Shown: in pieces, positions 24,780-37,767 of the stretch
Layout: the number at the start of each line of letters is the position of its first letter
Position numbering within the stretch: the stretch's first letter is position 1
NCBI GenBank assembly: GCA_010909165.1
Contig: MU008225.1
Coordinates: 62,001 to 126,000 of the forward strand
Length of the DNA: 64,000 nucleotides
Reading direction: 5' to 3'
Source: Anthoceros angustus
Lineage: Eukaryota; Plantae; Anthocerotophyta
The notes under the pieces: generated by a model
Database searches by the model: none
The model's input: only the letters and a program-made list of their open reading frames with translations
What the model was told of the DNA's origin: nothing
Program-made: the position numbers and the translations under genes

Positions 24780-27577
24780 TTCGACAAGAATATGTTTAGT
24801 TCTAGAGGCAGGTTCCTTGACAAGGCTATAGCTCCGACTATCACTCAACAACAAGGTGGGCTTTTCCCTTGTGATGAAGTTCACTCAAGGTTAGCCTAGT
24901 CCATACTATGTCTTTAGCAACCGAGGTTAGTACTCTATACTCGACTCGGTCGGACAAGGCTATGGTTTGTTTCTTACTTGACCAGATATTGGTGCTCCAA
25001 TAGCGTGACGTAACTCGACACGGATCTGCGGTGGTCACCAACAGAAGTCGTTAATGTCAACGCCTTTATGCCGGTGTATACTTGAATGTCAATCCTGCAT
25101 GGTACCCTTGAGGTATCTCGAATATGCGCTTAGTTGACATCCGGTTCACGCCTGTGGTTCTCTGTGAATTGTGAACAGGAGCGACTTGAAAGATATATCC
25201 GGTCGAGTGAAGTTGGATATATAAGTGTGCCAACAAGATGTCGATATGGGACCGACACATTTCCAACTTATCTTGTCCGTCTTTGGACTCATATCCATGG
25301 TAAGCGACCCCGCTAGCAAAAGGTGGTGTTTCATCTTCAAGTCCAAACTTGGTTAAACTCTTTAATGTACTTGGTTTGAACAATACTGAGTCTTGTTTGC
25401 TCGATCTCTAATAATGTTGACACCAAGTGCATATGTCATTTCTCCTAAATCGACATTTCATAAAAGTCTTGAGCCGACTTTTGATCTCGGCTAGGAGAGT
25501 AAGAGAGTTTGTGGCCATGAATACGCCGACGAGAGCAATAAAAGGTATCATTGCCGATATTAGGATATACATGCATCGGCATCACTTGCAAGCCTCTTTG
25601 ATGAGTTTCACATGTATGTCCATATTCCAATTTTACCGATTGCTTGAGACCATACAAGCCTTTAATTAGTCTACCCAATCTTCCTTGCCTTTAACCTCAT
25701 AACCTTCGGGCTGTTTCATGTAGATTTCTTCTTGAAGACCATAGAGATATGTCGTCTTCACATCCATCATATGAAGCTCAAGATCCTGATGGGCTGTTAA
25801 GGCGAAGATTATTCTAAGGGAAGCAAACTTTATCTGGAGCGAATGTGGCCCATGGGAGGTAATCTAAACCCGGTATGGGTGAATCTCGCCACAAGGCGTG
25901 CTTTGTATCTCTCAATGGAACCATCTCCTTTTCTCTTAATTTTGAATACCCATTTGCTGGTGACTATCTTCCTACCCTTAGGTGGCTTAACCAATTCCCA
26001 TGTAGAGTTACTAATGAGAGAGTTATATTCAATCTACCTACCTTCCATAAGGCTTTTCGTGAGAAGAGAAAGCTTGTTTTAAGGTAAGAGGTTCTTCCGG
26101 ATCTATGGTTGCCTTGTATACTTGTGAGTAAAGTGATACAGGGGAATAGGATCATCAAAACAGCTAGATATCCTAAAGGAGGTTCCTTCCATCCCGCGGT
26201 CCGGGATTGCGTGATTTCTTAAGTTGTACCTTTGTGTAGGTTCGGTGCATCTTCCATCGGAGCAGAACATCAATAGGATCATGGTGCTCCATGTCATTCA
26301 CGGAGGGTCATCATGCTCTTCATCAAAGAGTGTCAACTGCCTCGACTTGAATGTTGTCGCCATCCGGTGGTGTTTCATGTGGAATAGATGCTAACCTCCT
26401 CCTCCCGCAAGAGGTTCAACCACGGAACACGAGAGCGTGAACTGGAAATTGAGTGATATAATGTATCATCAAATGAGGAGGTATCCGAGGGCTCTTGAAG
26501 AGACGCCCTCGGCGGATGTACCAGCCCCACTGGGGAAAAGAGGTAAGACTCATGAAAAGTAACACTCGCATATATAGCTTCCGTGTGTGGGTTCAAATAG
26601 CTTGTAACCTTTGATGCCTTCTGTAGCCAATAATAGATATTTGGCAGCTTTTGGATCTAACTTGCGTTGTACTTTAGGGATAAAGACATATGCAGAGATC
26701 CAAAATTCAAGGTGATCTATGGAAGGCTTGTTGCCTGAATGCTTCATATGGAGTCATACCTGAATGAGGAAGTCGGGCGATTCATGAGATAGGTTGTAAG
26801 GAGGGCCTCACCAATAAGCTTTGGATAAGTTAGCTTGTGTTAACAGCAACTGAATCTCTTGGAGGCGGAGATTCTTATTTTTCTGACGCCATTTTGCCGA
26901 GGAGTGTATACTACACTTAATTGTTGAGCTACGCCTTCATCGACAAAATTCAGCAAATCTATGAGATGTAAACTCTCCACCGTTGTCGGAACGTAAGGTC
27001 TTGAGTTGTAGTTTTCCCATGCCATGTAATCCTTGAAAACCGATAAGTTTCACTCTTTTGGGTGAGGATGTAGGAGAGGAAAACGGGAATAGTCACGAAA
27101 GTTAAGAAGTATCTACTACCACCAAGGAGGGTGTAGAGAGGGGTCCACAAATGTCTGTGTACTATCTCTAAAGGTGACTTGGCCCTTGAGGAGATGGATT
27201 TTGAAAGGTTCTGTGACGTTTTGTGAGGACATGTGTTTCGCACCAATCTAAGTTGTGAACCTTGGAGAGACAGGTGTTCTATAGGTTGTCTCTAGACATT
27301 TGGAGTAACTTCGACTATTAGGTGACCTAATCTACAATGCCGAGCATCGTGTGTTGGTTGTGCGAATGTTGGGAGGCTACATTGAAATGTGTGGCTCCTA
27401 CTCGACAATCTATAGAGTCCATCTTCTAAGATGCCGCAGATATTGTGTGTTCTATTCTTGAGGTAGGAAGGAAACATCGGCATATAAAAGGACCTCGATG
27501 TTGTTCTTTGCAAAGACTAGCGCGACACTAGGTTTTGCACATGGCGTGAACATGGAGGACTTGGTGAAGATGAAGAG
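24780..27577 (-). mobile_element. Degenerate Ty1/copia pol (integrase-RT-RNase H order)
   Basis: Fragments HCRLGHL, RAKSPLEIVH, GGSRYFLTF, YTPRQNGV, RKLDPKA, SKWVFKIKRKGDGSIERYKARLVAR, GLYGLKQS, WSSKKQ...EYRVLTSVAKDIVW; many frameshifts. Confidence 0.9.
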
Positions 27578-29783
27578 TGTGGAACGAAAAGTTTGGGCAA
27601 CAAGCTTAAATGAGTTTGCTTTGAAACAGCCCACACTCTTTGCTAGAAATGGTTTGGTGAAGACATGCAAGGAAATTTTTGCTCCTTTTGAGCGGAGTTG
27701 TAGGACCATGCTGGGAAGGCGAGAGGATATGCAGGAAAAGAAACGGGTCAAAACGACCCGGTGAGGAGAAAAGGTAACCCACATGAGTGGTAGGAGGTGT
27801 CCTACCACCGTAGGAGAAACTCCTACCATGGTAGAGGGTAGGAGAGATCCTACCACCGTAGGAGATGACCGCTAGTGTTTTGATCACCTACCAGTGTAGG
27901 AATAGCTCCTACCATGGTAGGAGAGGGTAGGAAGGTATCCCACAGAGAAACTCCTACCGTGGTAGGAGAAAGGAAAACGCCACCATGGTAGGAGGTGTCC
28001 TACCACGGTAGGAGATAGGTTTCTAAGGAAGTAGCTTATGTTTTAGGCAGTGATAGGCTTGCTATATATAGAGTCTTTTAGTGGACTAGATAAATAGGCC
28101 AAAATAGGTAATTAAGAAATTAGAGGCTAATTTTCAGAATTAGAAATTAGAAAATAGGGAAAATGGTATTTTAGTATAAGGAATTAGGAAACTAACATCA
28201 ACGGTGAGAAAGGGGCCACGTGGCACACATCCAAGGGCAGGATAGAATGGTAGTTACTTTTCTAACCCTTGGGTGACTTATAAAAGTGCAGTGCCCGCAG
28301 GAGGCCACAACTAAACTTGAGGAGACTACCACAGCAGAAGGCGCCACCACACCTCAAGCTTCCCAAGGCCCCCATACAGCAACGCTACCGCACACGCACT
28401 GTGCTGAGGAGGAGAAGGAGGGCGCAAGCTCAAGGAGGCGAACCGCCAGCGCCCAAGAGAGGAAGAAGGAGGAAAAGAGGAAGAAGAGAAGGGAGAAGAA
28501 GGTTGAACCCAACACTTGCCAAGCTCGTGAGGGTGCCTAGGAGGGTGGAGCGTGGCAAGATTGCTAGGAAACCGTGCAGAAGGGCTCCTAAATTGCGGTG
28601 TGTAAGAGTCCGGGGGGAATTTTGTTGAGCTTTCTGCAGGAGAAATCGGGTCGGGGACGCCAAGGTGTAAGGACTGCAGGAGGAGAGCAAGGGCAAGGAC
28701 CTTTGAGCTGTGAGCAAGAGCAAATCCGAGGAGGAGAAACGCTTGCAAGGATAAGAAGTCAGGAGCCGCAGGAATTGCGTGAGAGGCATCACTTTTCTTC
28801 AATTTCTGCAAGTACTAACCAAGGAGGCCATGACCAAGCCTACCATGACCAAGGGCAAGGAGGTAGTAGCTAAGGAAGGAGCGCCCACCAAGGAGGTGTG
28901 CAGGAGCGCAAGAGGTCTAAGGTGAGGATCGACCTGAGGGTGGAAATTTGACATGCCCTTATTTACGTGCTATGCAGGCCAGCTATCCTCTAGAGACCTT
29001 TCGCACCTTGGGCAGCAGAGAGAGAGAATATTCAGCTAGAGTGTGTATGGGCGACATTGGTCTTACACCAACCTTGAATTGATAGAAGAGTGTTTTGCTA
29101 ATTTGCAGCGGAGAAGAGGAATTGGCCGCCTTACCGGATAGAAACGACGGACGGATCCACGGTGTTGGACCGTAAGGAGCATACGCTGTATATGGCAGCC
29201 GGATAGCGAGGATAGCGGAATCACGCTTGATGGAAGGAACGAGTGGAGGCAAGCGCATCAACGGCGGATCTTCCCAAGGGAGCCCTTACTTATGCAAGGG
29301 GCATGAAGGCTAAGTCCAAGAACGGGTTGATTTGACCAAATCTTGGAGCCCAAGTGGAGATTGTTCACAAGAATTGTTTTGGGCTTGGTGAGCAATCCAA
29401 GGGTGTCATATTTCAAAGACTACCTTCCTCCATTTTCTATGGAAGATCACTCAAGGAGGCCGGATTGGGGCTCATCATGTATGAAGCATACACCTACCAC
29501 CGGAAAAGTTGTCAAACCCAACGCGGATGAAGATGCCCAAGGTTGCTATCTTAGCACTTATCTAGTGCATTTGTGGGAAGTAGAGGGCTACTCACAAGTA
29601 AGGAGTTGGATGATTCCAAGCATCCCTTTAACATTGTGTACTTACACCTGTGAGAGGGACAGGAGTGCTTGGTGCTTGCGCTAAAGGAGGTGCCGCAGAC
29701 ACCCGACATTATTGCCGGAAGGAATCCAAAGATAGGCCGAGTGGAGGACTTGCAAGGAGAAGTTGTAGGGGATTTGAAGTTTG
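27578..29783 (+). repeat. Giant LTR copy 3 (5' 2.2 kb only), inserted into the copia element
   Basis: Begins TGTGGAACG directly against copia sequence. It is the reverse complement of ~6600-9065 and includes the palindrome array, TATA and ORF start (ATG ~28830). Confidence 0.85.
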
Positions 29784-29791
29784 CCGAGGGC

Positions 29792-31940
29792 GAGTACATT
29801 GTTTAGTGCATACATATCATTTGTTCGAAGGCCAAGGAGAAGTAGGATTATACATAGACCTAAAGTTCCTAGCATCGGGTGTGAGGTGCCACGTGATTCA
29901 ACCTGTTTCCTTGGTCTTGGACAGACGGTACCCCTGAACATGTCTATATATATATGTGGGTGAGAGGTAGCATGTGATTCAACCTGTTTCCTTGGTCTTC
30001 GACAGACGGTACCCCTGAACATGTCTATATATGTGGCCTGCCTACCCATTCATTCTTGGATTGTAGATGTTTGTCCATGGAAAAGGCATCCATACTTGTC
30101 CTGAGCTTGTCTTCTTCTCTCTTGTGACCTTTGGGATCCAGTGGAGGCGTTAGGCAACCAACTTGATCAGTGGCGCCTCGGTCAAATACCTTGCTTTCAC
30201 TGTTTCCTTGGTCTTGACATAAGGGACCATTGTACATGTGTTCATATAACGCGAATATGCACCCTCGCATTATTGTCATTATCAATCGAGGAGGCCGAGG
30301 CAAGCCCTGCAGCGTCATCTTCGTTTCGAACTGCAAGTGCATTGTGTTATATTGCAGGTCGTTCTCGTCCAATTGCACATTCAACCTCGTGCTGCATGGT
30401 GTGGGCAACGTCTAGGCAGCGTGGCATACCGCCTCCAGCTGCCATGCCTCCATTCTGCGTCTCTCCATCAACTACACCTGGTTCCCATAAAGTGTCTAGC
30501 GCATAGGAGGAAGTGTCGCATGCCACTGTAGGAACAAACATCGCGGCCAGCGTTGATTGCTTGGTCACCAATGGAGTGTTCAATGCACGGTGCGAGGCTG
30601 TCGAGTATATGGGGTATGTATATCACCAATACAAATCCTTGACCATGTTCCTGGTTCTGTGGTCTCATACCACATGGTCTACCACCGCAATTGCCATTTT
30701 CGTAGCGTGCATTTCACCAATGTAAGGCATTTAAGNNNNNNNNNNNNNNNNNNNNNNNNNNNNNNNNNNNNNNNNNNNNNNNNNNNNNNNNNNNNNNNNN
30801 NNNNNNNNNNNNNNNNNNNNNNNNNNNNNNNNNNNNNNNNNNNNNNNNNNNNNNNNNNNNNNNNNNNNNNNNNNNNNNNNNNNNNNNNNNNNNNNNNNNN
30901 NNNNNNNNNNNNNNNNNNNNNNNNNNNNNNNNNNNNNNNNNNNNNNNNNNNNNNNNNNNNNNNNNNNNNNNNNNNGAGTACGTTGTTTAGTGCATACATA
31001 TCATTTGTTCGAAGGCCAAGGAAAAGTAGGATTATACATAGACCTAAAGTTCCTAGCATCGGGTGTGAGGTGCCACGTGATTCAACCTGTTTCCTTGGTC
31101 TTCGACAGACGGTACCCCTGAACATGTCTATATATATGTGGGTGAGAGCTGGCACGTGATTCAACCTGTTTCCTTGGTCTTCGACAGACGGTACCCCTGA
31201 ACATGTCTATATATGTGGCCTGCCTACCCATTCATTCTTGGATTGTAGATGTTTGTCTGCATGGAAAGGCATCCATACTTCGTCCCTGCAGCTTGTCTTC
31301 TTTCTCTCTTGTGACCTTTGGGATCCAGTGGGAGCGTTAGGCAACCAACTTGATCAGTGGCAGCCTCGGTCAAATACCTTGCTTTCACCTGTTTCCTTGG
31401 TCTTCGACATAAGGGACCATTGTACATGTGTTCATATAACGAATATGCACCCTCCTGCATTATTGTCATTATCAATCGAGGAGGGAGCTGCCGGAGGCAA
31501 GCCCTGCAGCGTCATCTTCGTTTCGAACTGCAAGTGCATTGTGTTATATTGCAGGTCGTTCTCGTCCAATTGCACATTCAACCTCGTGCTGCATGGTGTG
31601 GGCAACGTCTAGGCAGCGTGGCATACCGCCTCCAGCTGCCATGCCTCCATTCTGCGTCTCTCCATCAACTACACCTGGTTCCCATAAAGTGTCTAGCGAT
31701 AGGAGGAAGTGTCGCATGCCATCAGGGAACAAACATCGCTGGCTGGCGTTGATTGCTTGGTCGCAATGGAGTGTTCAATGCACGGTGCGAGGCTGTCGAG
31801 TATATGGGGTATGTATATCACCAATACAAATCCTTGACCATGTTCCTGTGGTTGCGACAGGTCTCATACCACATGGTCTACCACCTGCAATTGCCATTTT
31901 TCGCAGGTTATGCATTTCACCAATGTAAGGCATTTTAAGC
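29792..31940. repeat. ~950 bp segment duplicated on both sides of the N gap (29792-30735 and 30976-31940), with internal ~70 bp repeats
   Basis: Both copies start gagtac(a/g)ttgtttagtgcatac and end caatgtaaggcattt; internal repeat gtgattcaacctgtttccttggtcttcgacagacggtacccctgaacatgtc. Confidence 0.85.
30736..30975. other. Assembly gap (240 N)
   Basis: Run of N. Confidence 1.
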
Positions 31941-32190
31941 AGTTCGCGAAATTTAGCCGTTTTAGGCATTTTCGCACTGTTCCGCACGGTATAGATTGTA
32001 GGTATTTCTGGCATTTTAGGCATTGTTGGTTTAGGGTCGACATTTTCGGCTTTTTCTGTTTGTTGGGTGGGGTGGGTTGGGCTGGTTGGTGCGGGTTGGG
32101 GCGGGTTGACCATTGGTAGAAAGTATTTGGCAGGAGCTGCGCGTGGATAGCTTGGTGCTTTTTTGTGTGAGTGTGACCGAGAGTCCTGGA

Positions 32191-32310
32191 CGAGTGTGTG
32201 AACAGGGTTAACGCTTCCCTTTTCCCGAGTGTGTGAACAGGGTTAACGCTTCCCTTTTCCCGAGTGTGTGAACAGGGATAACGCTTCCCTTCTCCCGAAT
32301 GTGTGAACAG
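32191..32310. repeat. 35-bp tandem repeat, ~3.5 copies
   Basis: cgagtgtgtgaacagggttaacgcttcccttttcc repeated head to tail. Confidence 0.9.
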
Positions 32311-32513
32311 GTGAACAACGTTGAGCCCTGAACCCTGAAAGTTGTGGGTTGCATGCCTACAAGCCACCGACATAATTGATGATCCTGCTCAGGTTTGATG
32401 ACGGTGATAGCTGAGTAATATACGTGACACAACAAAGGGCCTCAAGACTCTTCGCCATGGCGCGCAGCCTGTGGTTATCCCTGTCATTCATAGACGTCCA
32501 GATACCGAAAGTG

Positions 32514-32565
32514 ATCTCTTTCCTAGGCCTGTGGGCTCCTAAGCCCACAGGCCTAGGAAAGAGAT
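32514..32565. repeat. Perfect 24-bp inverted repeat with a 4-nt loop
   Basis: atctctttcctaggcctgtgggct-ccta-agcccacaggcctaggaaagagat. Confidence 0.95.
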
Positions 32566-32569
32566 AATA

Positions 32570-33098
32570 CAGTCGGCCCCCCCTAATTGGGAATTCTATA
32601 AATGGGATTCCTCTCTAAATGGGACCTCCCATCCTACTCCCTTTAGTTTACAATGTAATAAATGGGACTTTTCCTTAAATGATAATTGGGACCTTTTGAA
32701 ACATACATTCATGTTAGTTTCACCTCCCTAAATGGGTATTCTAATTTTTTTACTAAAAAAATTTAAAAAAAGAAAGAAAAAAGAATCCATTATTTGAGAG
32801 CACAATAGACTTTTAGGTGTGATTGAAGACTCTTAAGCTAAGCTTTTCTTTTATGATAGATAGAGGTTTTTGATCTTGCTTAGAGAGTGCTAGCTTTCAA
32901 ACAACTATATAAAGAACTGGTAAAGTTATTTTAGTGAAACCTATCAATCAAAATTTAAATTTTCTTTTTGGGTTTTTGATTTTTTAAAGTTTATAATATT
33001 TTTATTATTTTTAAATAGGGAAAATACAATCGGGACACTTCCCTTAATGGGACCTCTAAAGGCACTCCGAACCAGTCCCAATTAGGGGGGGTGGACTG
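32570..33098. mobile_element. Tc1/mariner-pogo type MITE
   Basis: TA-CAGTCGGCCCCCCCTAATTGGGA ... TCCCAATTAGGGGGGGTGGACTG-TA terminal inverted repeats, TA target duplication, AT-rich interior. Confidence 0.85.
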
Positions 33099-34103
33099 TA
33101 TGTGATAATTTCCCTAGCCTGTCTCCGTGCGAGACTGTGAGCAGTAGATGTCCTCCACAGCAGTTGTGTGGGGTCATCCGCTCTACCCAGACTCGTCTGC
33201 AGTCTGCACTTGTGGCGGCACTCGGACTCCAAGTTAAGTTCGCTGGGCACCAGCGAGAACACGAATGTAGATTTAGTTCTCTTGCTCGCCACAGGACGGC
33301 CTGACGGATTGGTTCCTCTGTTGCATGATGGGAACGGAACACGGTTTTAGGGACAACAGTCATGCTGCCGACAGCACATGTGGAGGTGAGGATCTGGGGA
33401 GGATGCGATTGCAGCTGATTTTCGCCACCGGCATCATTTCATGATCGTGTCTGTGTGGATAAAGTGACACCCACGATACATAATATAATGCAAGGAACGG
33501 AGAGAAAAGCAGATGCAGATGGCCCCACAACCATAGGCGAGAAATGAACACACTCCGCCATGTCGCGCACGCGCAGTGCCGAAAAAGAGAAGGAGCATTC
33601 TAGGTGCATATTTACCACAACTTTTATGGCTGTTTGTGTGATTCTAACATTGCCAAGTGAGTGCCAGACTTTGTTTGTGTTTTGGATTGTCAGAGGCCCT
33701 GATAAAGGAGAAGAGGTGTCCGTCAAAGCTGGTCTCCGCAGTGGAATGTGTTTCTCGCGCTCCATGAGTTCCATTTTGGATTGGTTGGGTTGGGTTCTGC
33801 AATCCAACCACCTACACATATATTATTATTATTCACGCTATATTTATTGCGGTTGCCCGGCTCCGGCAACTTTTGCACCCACAAGTCGACGGCAGCGTTT
33901 TTAAAGTGGTACGGGAGTCCTGGACCTTTGCAATCAAAGCGGCGGGGCCCGGGCTGCCCAGCTGGAGCAATGCGCAATTCAAATGCATGCACGGGTATGA
34001 GCTATATAAACAAGCCTGAGAGCCCAAACTTGCATCATTTCTCCCAGCAGCGTGTGCACCGTTCTAGATTCGGCGACTGAAGTTCCCAGAGCTGCATCCG
34101 GAG

Positions 34104-34686
34104 ATGGCAAGACCAAGGTCAGCAGCTGCAGTTGCAGCTGGCTCCAGGCCCAGGGCCTACCACGGCTTGATGGTGCTGCTCCTGGCGGCCCTGCTGCTGA
34201 TTTCCTGCTTCGCTCAGCCGGCCTTGGCAGCTGGTGATGTCACAGCGAGCGTCAAAATCTTCGGACCGGGCCGTAAGCTCGGTCAGTCTCCTAATGCTGT
34301 GCCTACCGCCATCTCTTTTTCACTGCAGGTGCAAATACATCTGCCTTTTTGCGTAATTGACCTCAGTCTGCATGCTGTACATGTGTAGGTGGGCTTGCGG
34401 ATATCGGCAGAGATGCCCTTGACACGGTCGACAAAGTCGTGCACGGTGAGTACTCGGCGCAAGATTCTTCAGGGAACCTTTTTCGATTTGCAGATTGTGA
34501 AATGGGAGTTTGTTTTGTGCTGGTGCCGGTGCTGGTGCTGGTCCCGCTATTGGCCTTGTCAAAAATGGCTCACTGCATGCAGCTCTGTATGTTGATCTGC
34601 TGCATTTGTGTTGATCGCCGTTTATTCATACGTGTGCAGACACTCAAGGTGGTGTGGAGACCCTTGTCGACGGAACCGGAGTGTGA
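34104..34686 (+). CDS. Small secreted protein / peptide precursor, 93 aa, 3 exons (34104-34281, 34389-34445, 34640-34686)
   Basis: TATATAAA at ~34003, hydrophobic signal LMVLLLAALLLISCFAQPALA, and two phase-1 GT-AG introns that keep frame. The product ends GRKL-GGLADIGRDALDTVDKVVHDTQGGVETLVDGTGV*. Confidence 0.7.
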
Positions 34687-37331
34687 ACTGGCGTAATGTG
34701 TGATAGTGTCCTAGCCTGTGTGTCAGTGTGAGATTGTGTGGAGTAGATGTAGGTCTTGAGCGATAATATTGTGCCCGGCATCTCTACACATGTACCCAGA
34801 CTCTCTACTTATGTCGCCACCTGAATCACTGGGCACCAGCAACACTATCAATTAATATGTTTTATATCTCTTACGCAATTCTGGACTCACTCGCCGATTT
34901 TGTTACATCATCTGAGCCTGAGTTAAGTTGCAGCTCTGCCCCCGGAGTCTTTGCTACCAGCCTTGCACGGATTTGCCATACCTTGGAATTCTTACTTACC
35001 TGCGTCGTAAACTGCTAACGAATTCATGTTCACACGCTCCAATATTCCATGTGATCCTGCAAATAATGACATTCTCCAAAAACATAACTGTGTTGCAACC
35101 AAACACCATCCAGCATATCCTCGGTGACTCCCTGAGCCATCGGAACTGACCACGCAATCAGCCTTGGTAGCCTGGTGGCCACCATCGTCTAATTAGAACA
35201 AAAACCCAAGGTGGCAGGAGAAAGGATTCAACTCTCCTCCACAGTTGGGTTTCTCCGACTTACCAGCAACGGGGTTTAGCTTGTGGACTTGCGGAAGTCC
35301 CTTCGCACCTGTTTGCCGAACACTTAGTATTTGTGGAAGATAATCCCAGTTTCTTTTCCTCCGCGTGATCTGGTAAGAGGTTTTGGCGTCTCAAATCTTT
35401 CACAAGATAGCTGATGAATGATGGTGAAATGATTCAGCTTGTGATATAACATTCACAGGACCACCTGGCTTTCCACTCCGAAATTGCAATAACTGACTGA
35501 ACATAATCAACGTTGGCATACTCATCAAACAAGTGATCAATCCTTTTAATATTTTCTGCTAACCCCTTTCTCATAGGTTGCTGGAACACAGCGTTAGTGG
35601 ATGGGAACATCTGAAGATTTGCCCCTGGTTACAGCAAAGCAGGGATTGGAGGCAGAACAGTCAGACAAGAGTTTAGATACGTTAACATTTTCGAAGACAC
35701 GGACGAGGAGTCGAGGACATGTTGAGTTGACAGATGCAGTAGATTATCCCATACCGCTAGTACAGCTAGGTTTGCTAAGGCTGTGAAGAGGATTTTCTCA
35801 GTACACATGTTACCTGATTGTCTAGCGAGCACCTGCGGAAAATAAATTATTGTTTAAATAAATCGTTTGATTGTTTGCGGACATAAATGAAGTTGTCGTT
35901 GCGGGTTATTGTTGGCAGCGGAGGGATACGGCGCCGGGATGGCGACCCGACGACCCCTCCGGCTGTCAGCCTAGCAACTCTCCTATCCATTTTGCATAAC
36001 CGTGGATGGCGTAGTAGTTTAATTTTTCTCTGAATTTCAAAACAATTTCCCGACTCTGCAACAGGGACATCGAGATGAGTTGAGAACTAGAGTATGTAGG
36101 TAATGGTACTCCTCGCTGGATGGGATAGGAGGCCGGCCGGCAGCAGAGTCCGACAGGATAATTTTCTAAGCAAGAATTGCACTTACTCACGCACGTTTAG
36201 ATGGGTGGGCATAGCCACTCGTGTCTCCTTCTTGGTAGTACCACAAGCAACATGCGTGGAAAGACGGCAGCCATCTCCCAATCCGCCCCGCCAAGCTTTT
36301 GTGCAAAGGTACTTCCAGCCCCCAAGTGAGGCTGGAGGCTGAGACTAGGCCAACACATTCAACAACCGTGTCCTAGGAGCAAGCTCACCAACGGCAGGAA
36401 TGACACTCCGAAACTGCGGAAATGAACCACGACCATATGTGGAGGGCCTTTGTGAGTGCACCTGGCTCAGGTGCCACCCATCTAAAGATCACCACAGGCA
36501 TACAAGCCATTGCTTTCTGTCCATATTTACAGCAGGCACGCTCCCAATGCGTCCCACCAAGAATTAGGACAATGACAACAGACTCAGCATCCACCACGCA
36601 AGGCGCCACAAACGGCAGCAACAATGGCCACAACAAGCCGTCACACGTCACATGAGCAAACGGAATGTTGAAGGCGCTCCTCCAAGTTTAGCTCCGCAGA
36701 ACTAGGTGTACACATAGCACAAATGCTAAAGATTTCCATGACCCAACCTCATGGCGAGACCACCAAAGTAGAGTAGAGTATCCATCAGTACGTGCAACTG
36801 CCGATCAACATCCATCAGGCGACCTCATACAACCAAGGAATGGACCAATAACAGTAGACATCTTACAGAAGCACACGACACATCCACGTTTGAGCCCAGA
36901 ATCCCAAGCTAGCACACTCATTGAAGTTGCAACCGCGGACCACTGCGCATCACCTAGAATTTGCGCTAGAAAATCATAAATCAAGAAAAAAACCAACAGA
37001 TAAAACACCTGTGAAAAGGGCCCAGAGATATCCGTCTGATTAAGCTAGCAAAATTTGTAGAGGCACAGGCCCACAACGGGACATGCGAACATCTAAACCA
37101 CTACGAAAAGATTTGTCTTCTCGTAGCAAACCTCTGACGAACTCCCCATCCTCCCGTAAGGATGGGACCACAGGAATCCCTTGGAGCTCCTCCAATCCAT
37201 GATAACACGGCTCTCATGTTACGCCGTCAAAGTCCTGCGAATACGGCAGAGAGACCCCCTCATGAAGCTGGAGCACAGAACCCTAAAGCAAAACCTAATT
37301 GAACAACAGAACAGCGACAACATACTTCCAT

Positions 37332-37767
37332 CTACTTCTCCGATGAGTTGGGGCCGCGCTTCTTGCCAAAGCCGATAACTGCAACAAGCAAACCGGGGCA
37401 CCGTAAAATCAGCTCTTCGCCAAACGACACCACAGCTGATCAAGGCCATGTCCAGCTCATAATAGCCGCGACACCATTCTACTCCGCAGCGCAAACCCTG
37501 TTGTGACCCCATCCACTCACCAGCTGTGACAAACCGCCGGTTGTACTGCATTCTTTTATGTGCCCTCCCCTTGGGCTTCTTTTTCTTGTCCTGCTTCGCC
37601 ACCTTCGGTGTCTGACCTCGCACCTTCCCGGCACGGGCCAACGATCCGTGAACCTTACCTGCACACCAAACACTACCGTCAGCAAAAACCACACAAGGCG
37701 GCACAGGCACGGGATTTCCTGTCACGAATAAAGAGTCCAGAACGCCAAGGGAAGGGAACGCACTCAT
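37332..37767 (-). CDS. RPS30: 40S ribosomal protein S30 (eS30), 3 exons (37764-37767, 37521-37658, 37332-37378)
   Basis: [60 protein letters not shown]. Confidence 0.97.

Noticed and set aside
29792-31940. Real tandem duplication
   Set aside because: The copies sit exactly on either side of an N gap; most likely an unmerged contig overlap.
32191-32310. 35-bp repeats as CRISPR
   Set aside because: Head-to-tail with no unique spacers; a plain minisatellite.
36090-36170. snR30/U17-like RNA (ACCAT...ACA on the minus strand)
   Set aside because: Poor m1 motif, wrong spacing to ACA and no convincing basal stem.
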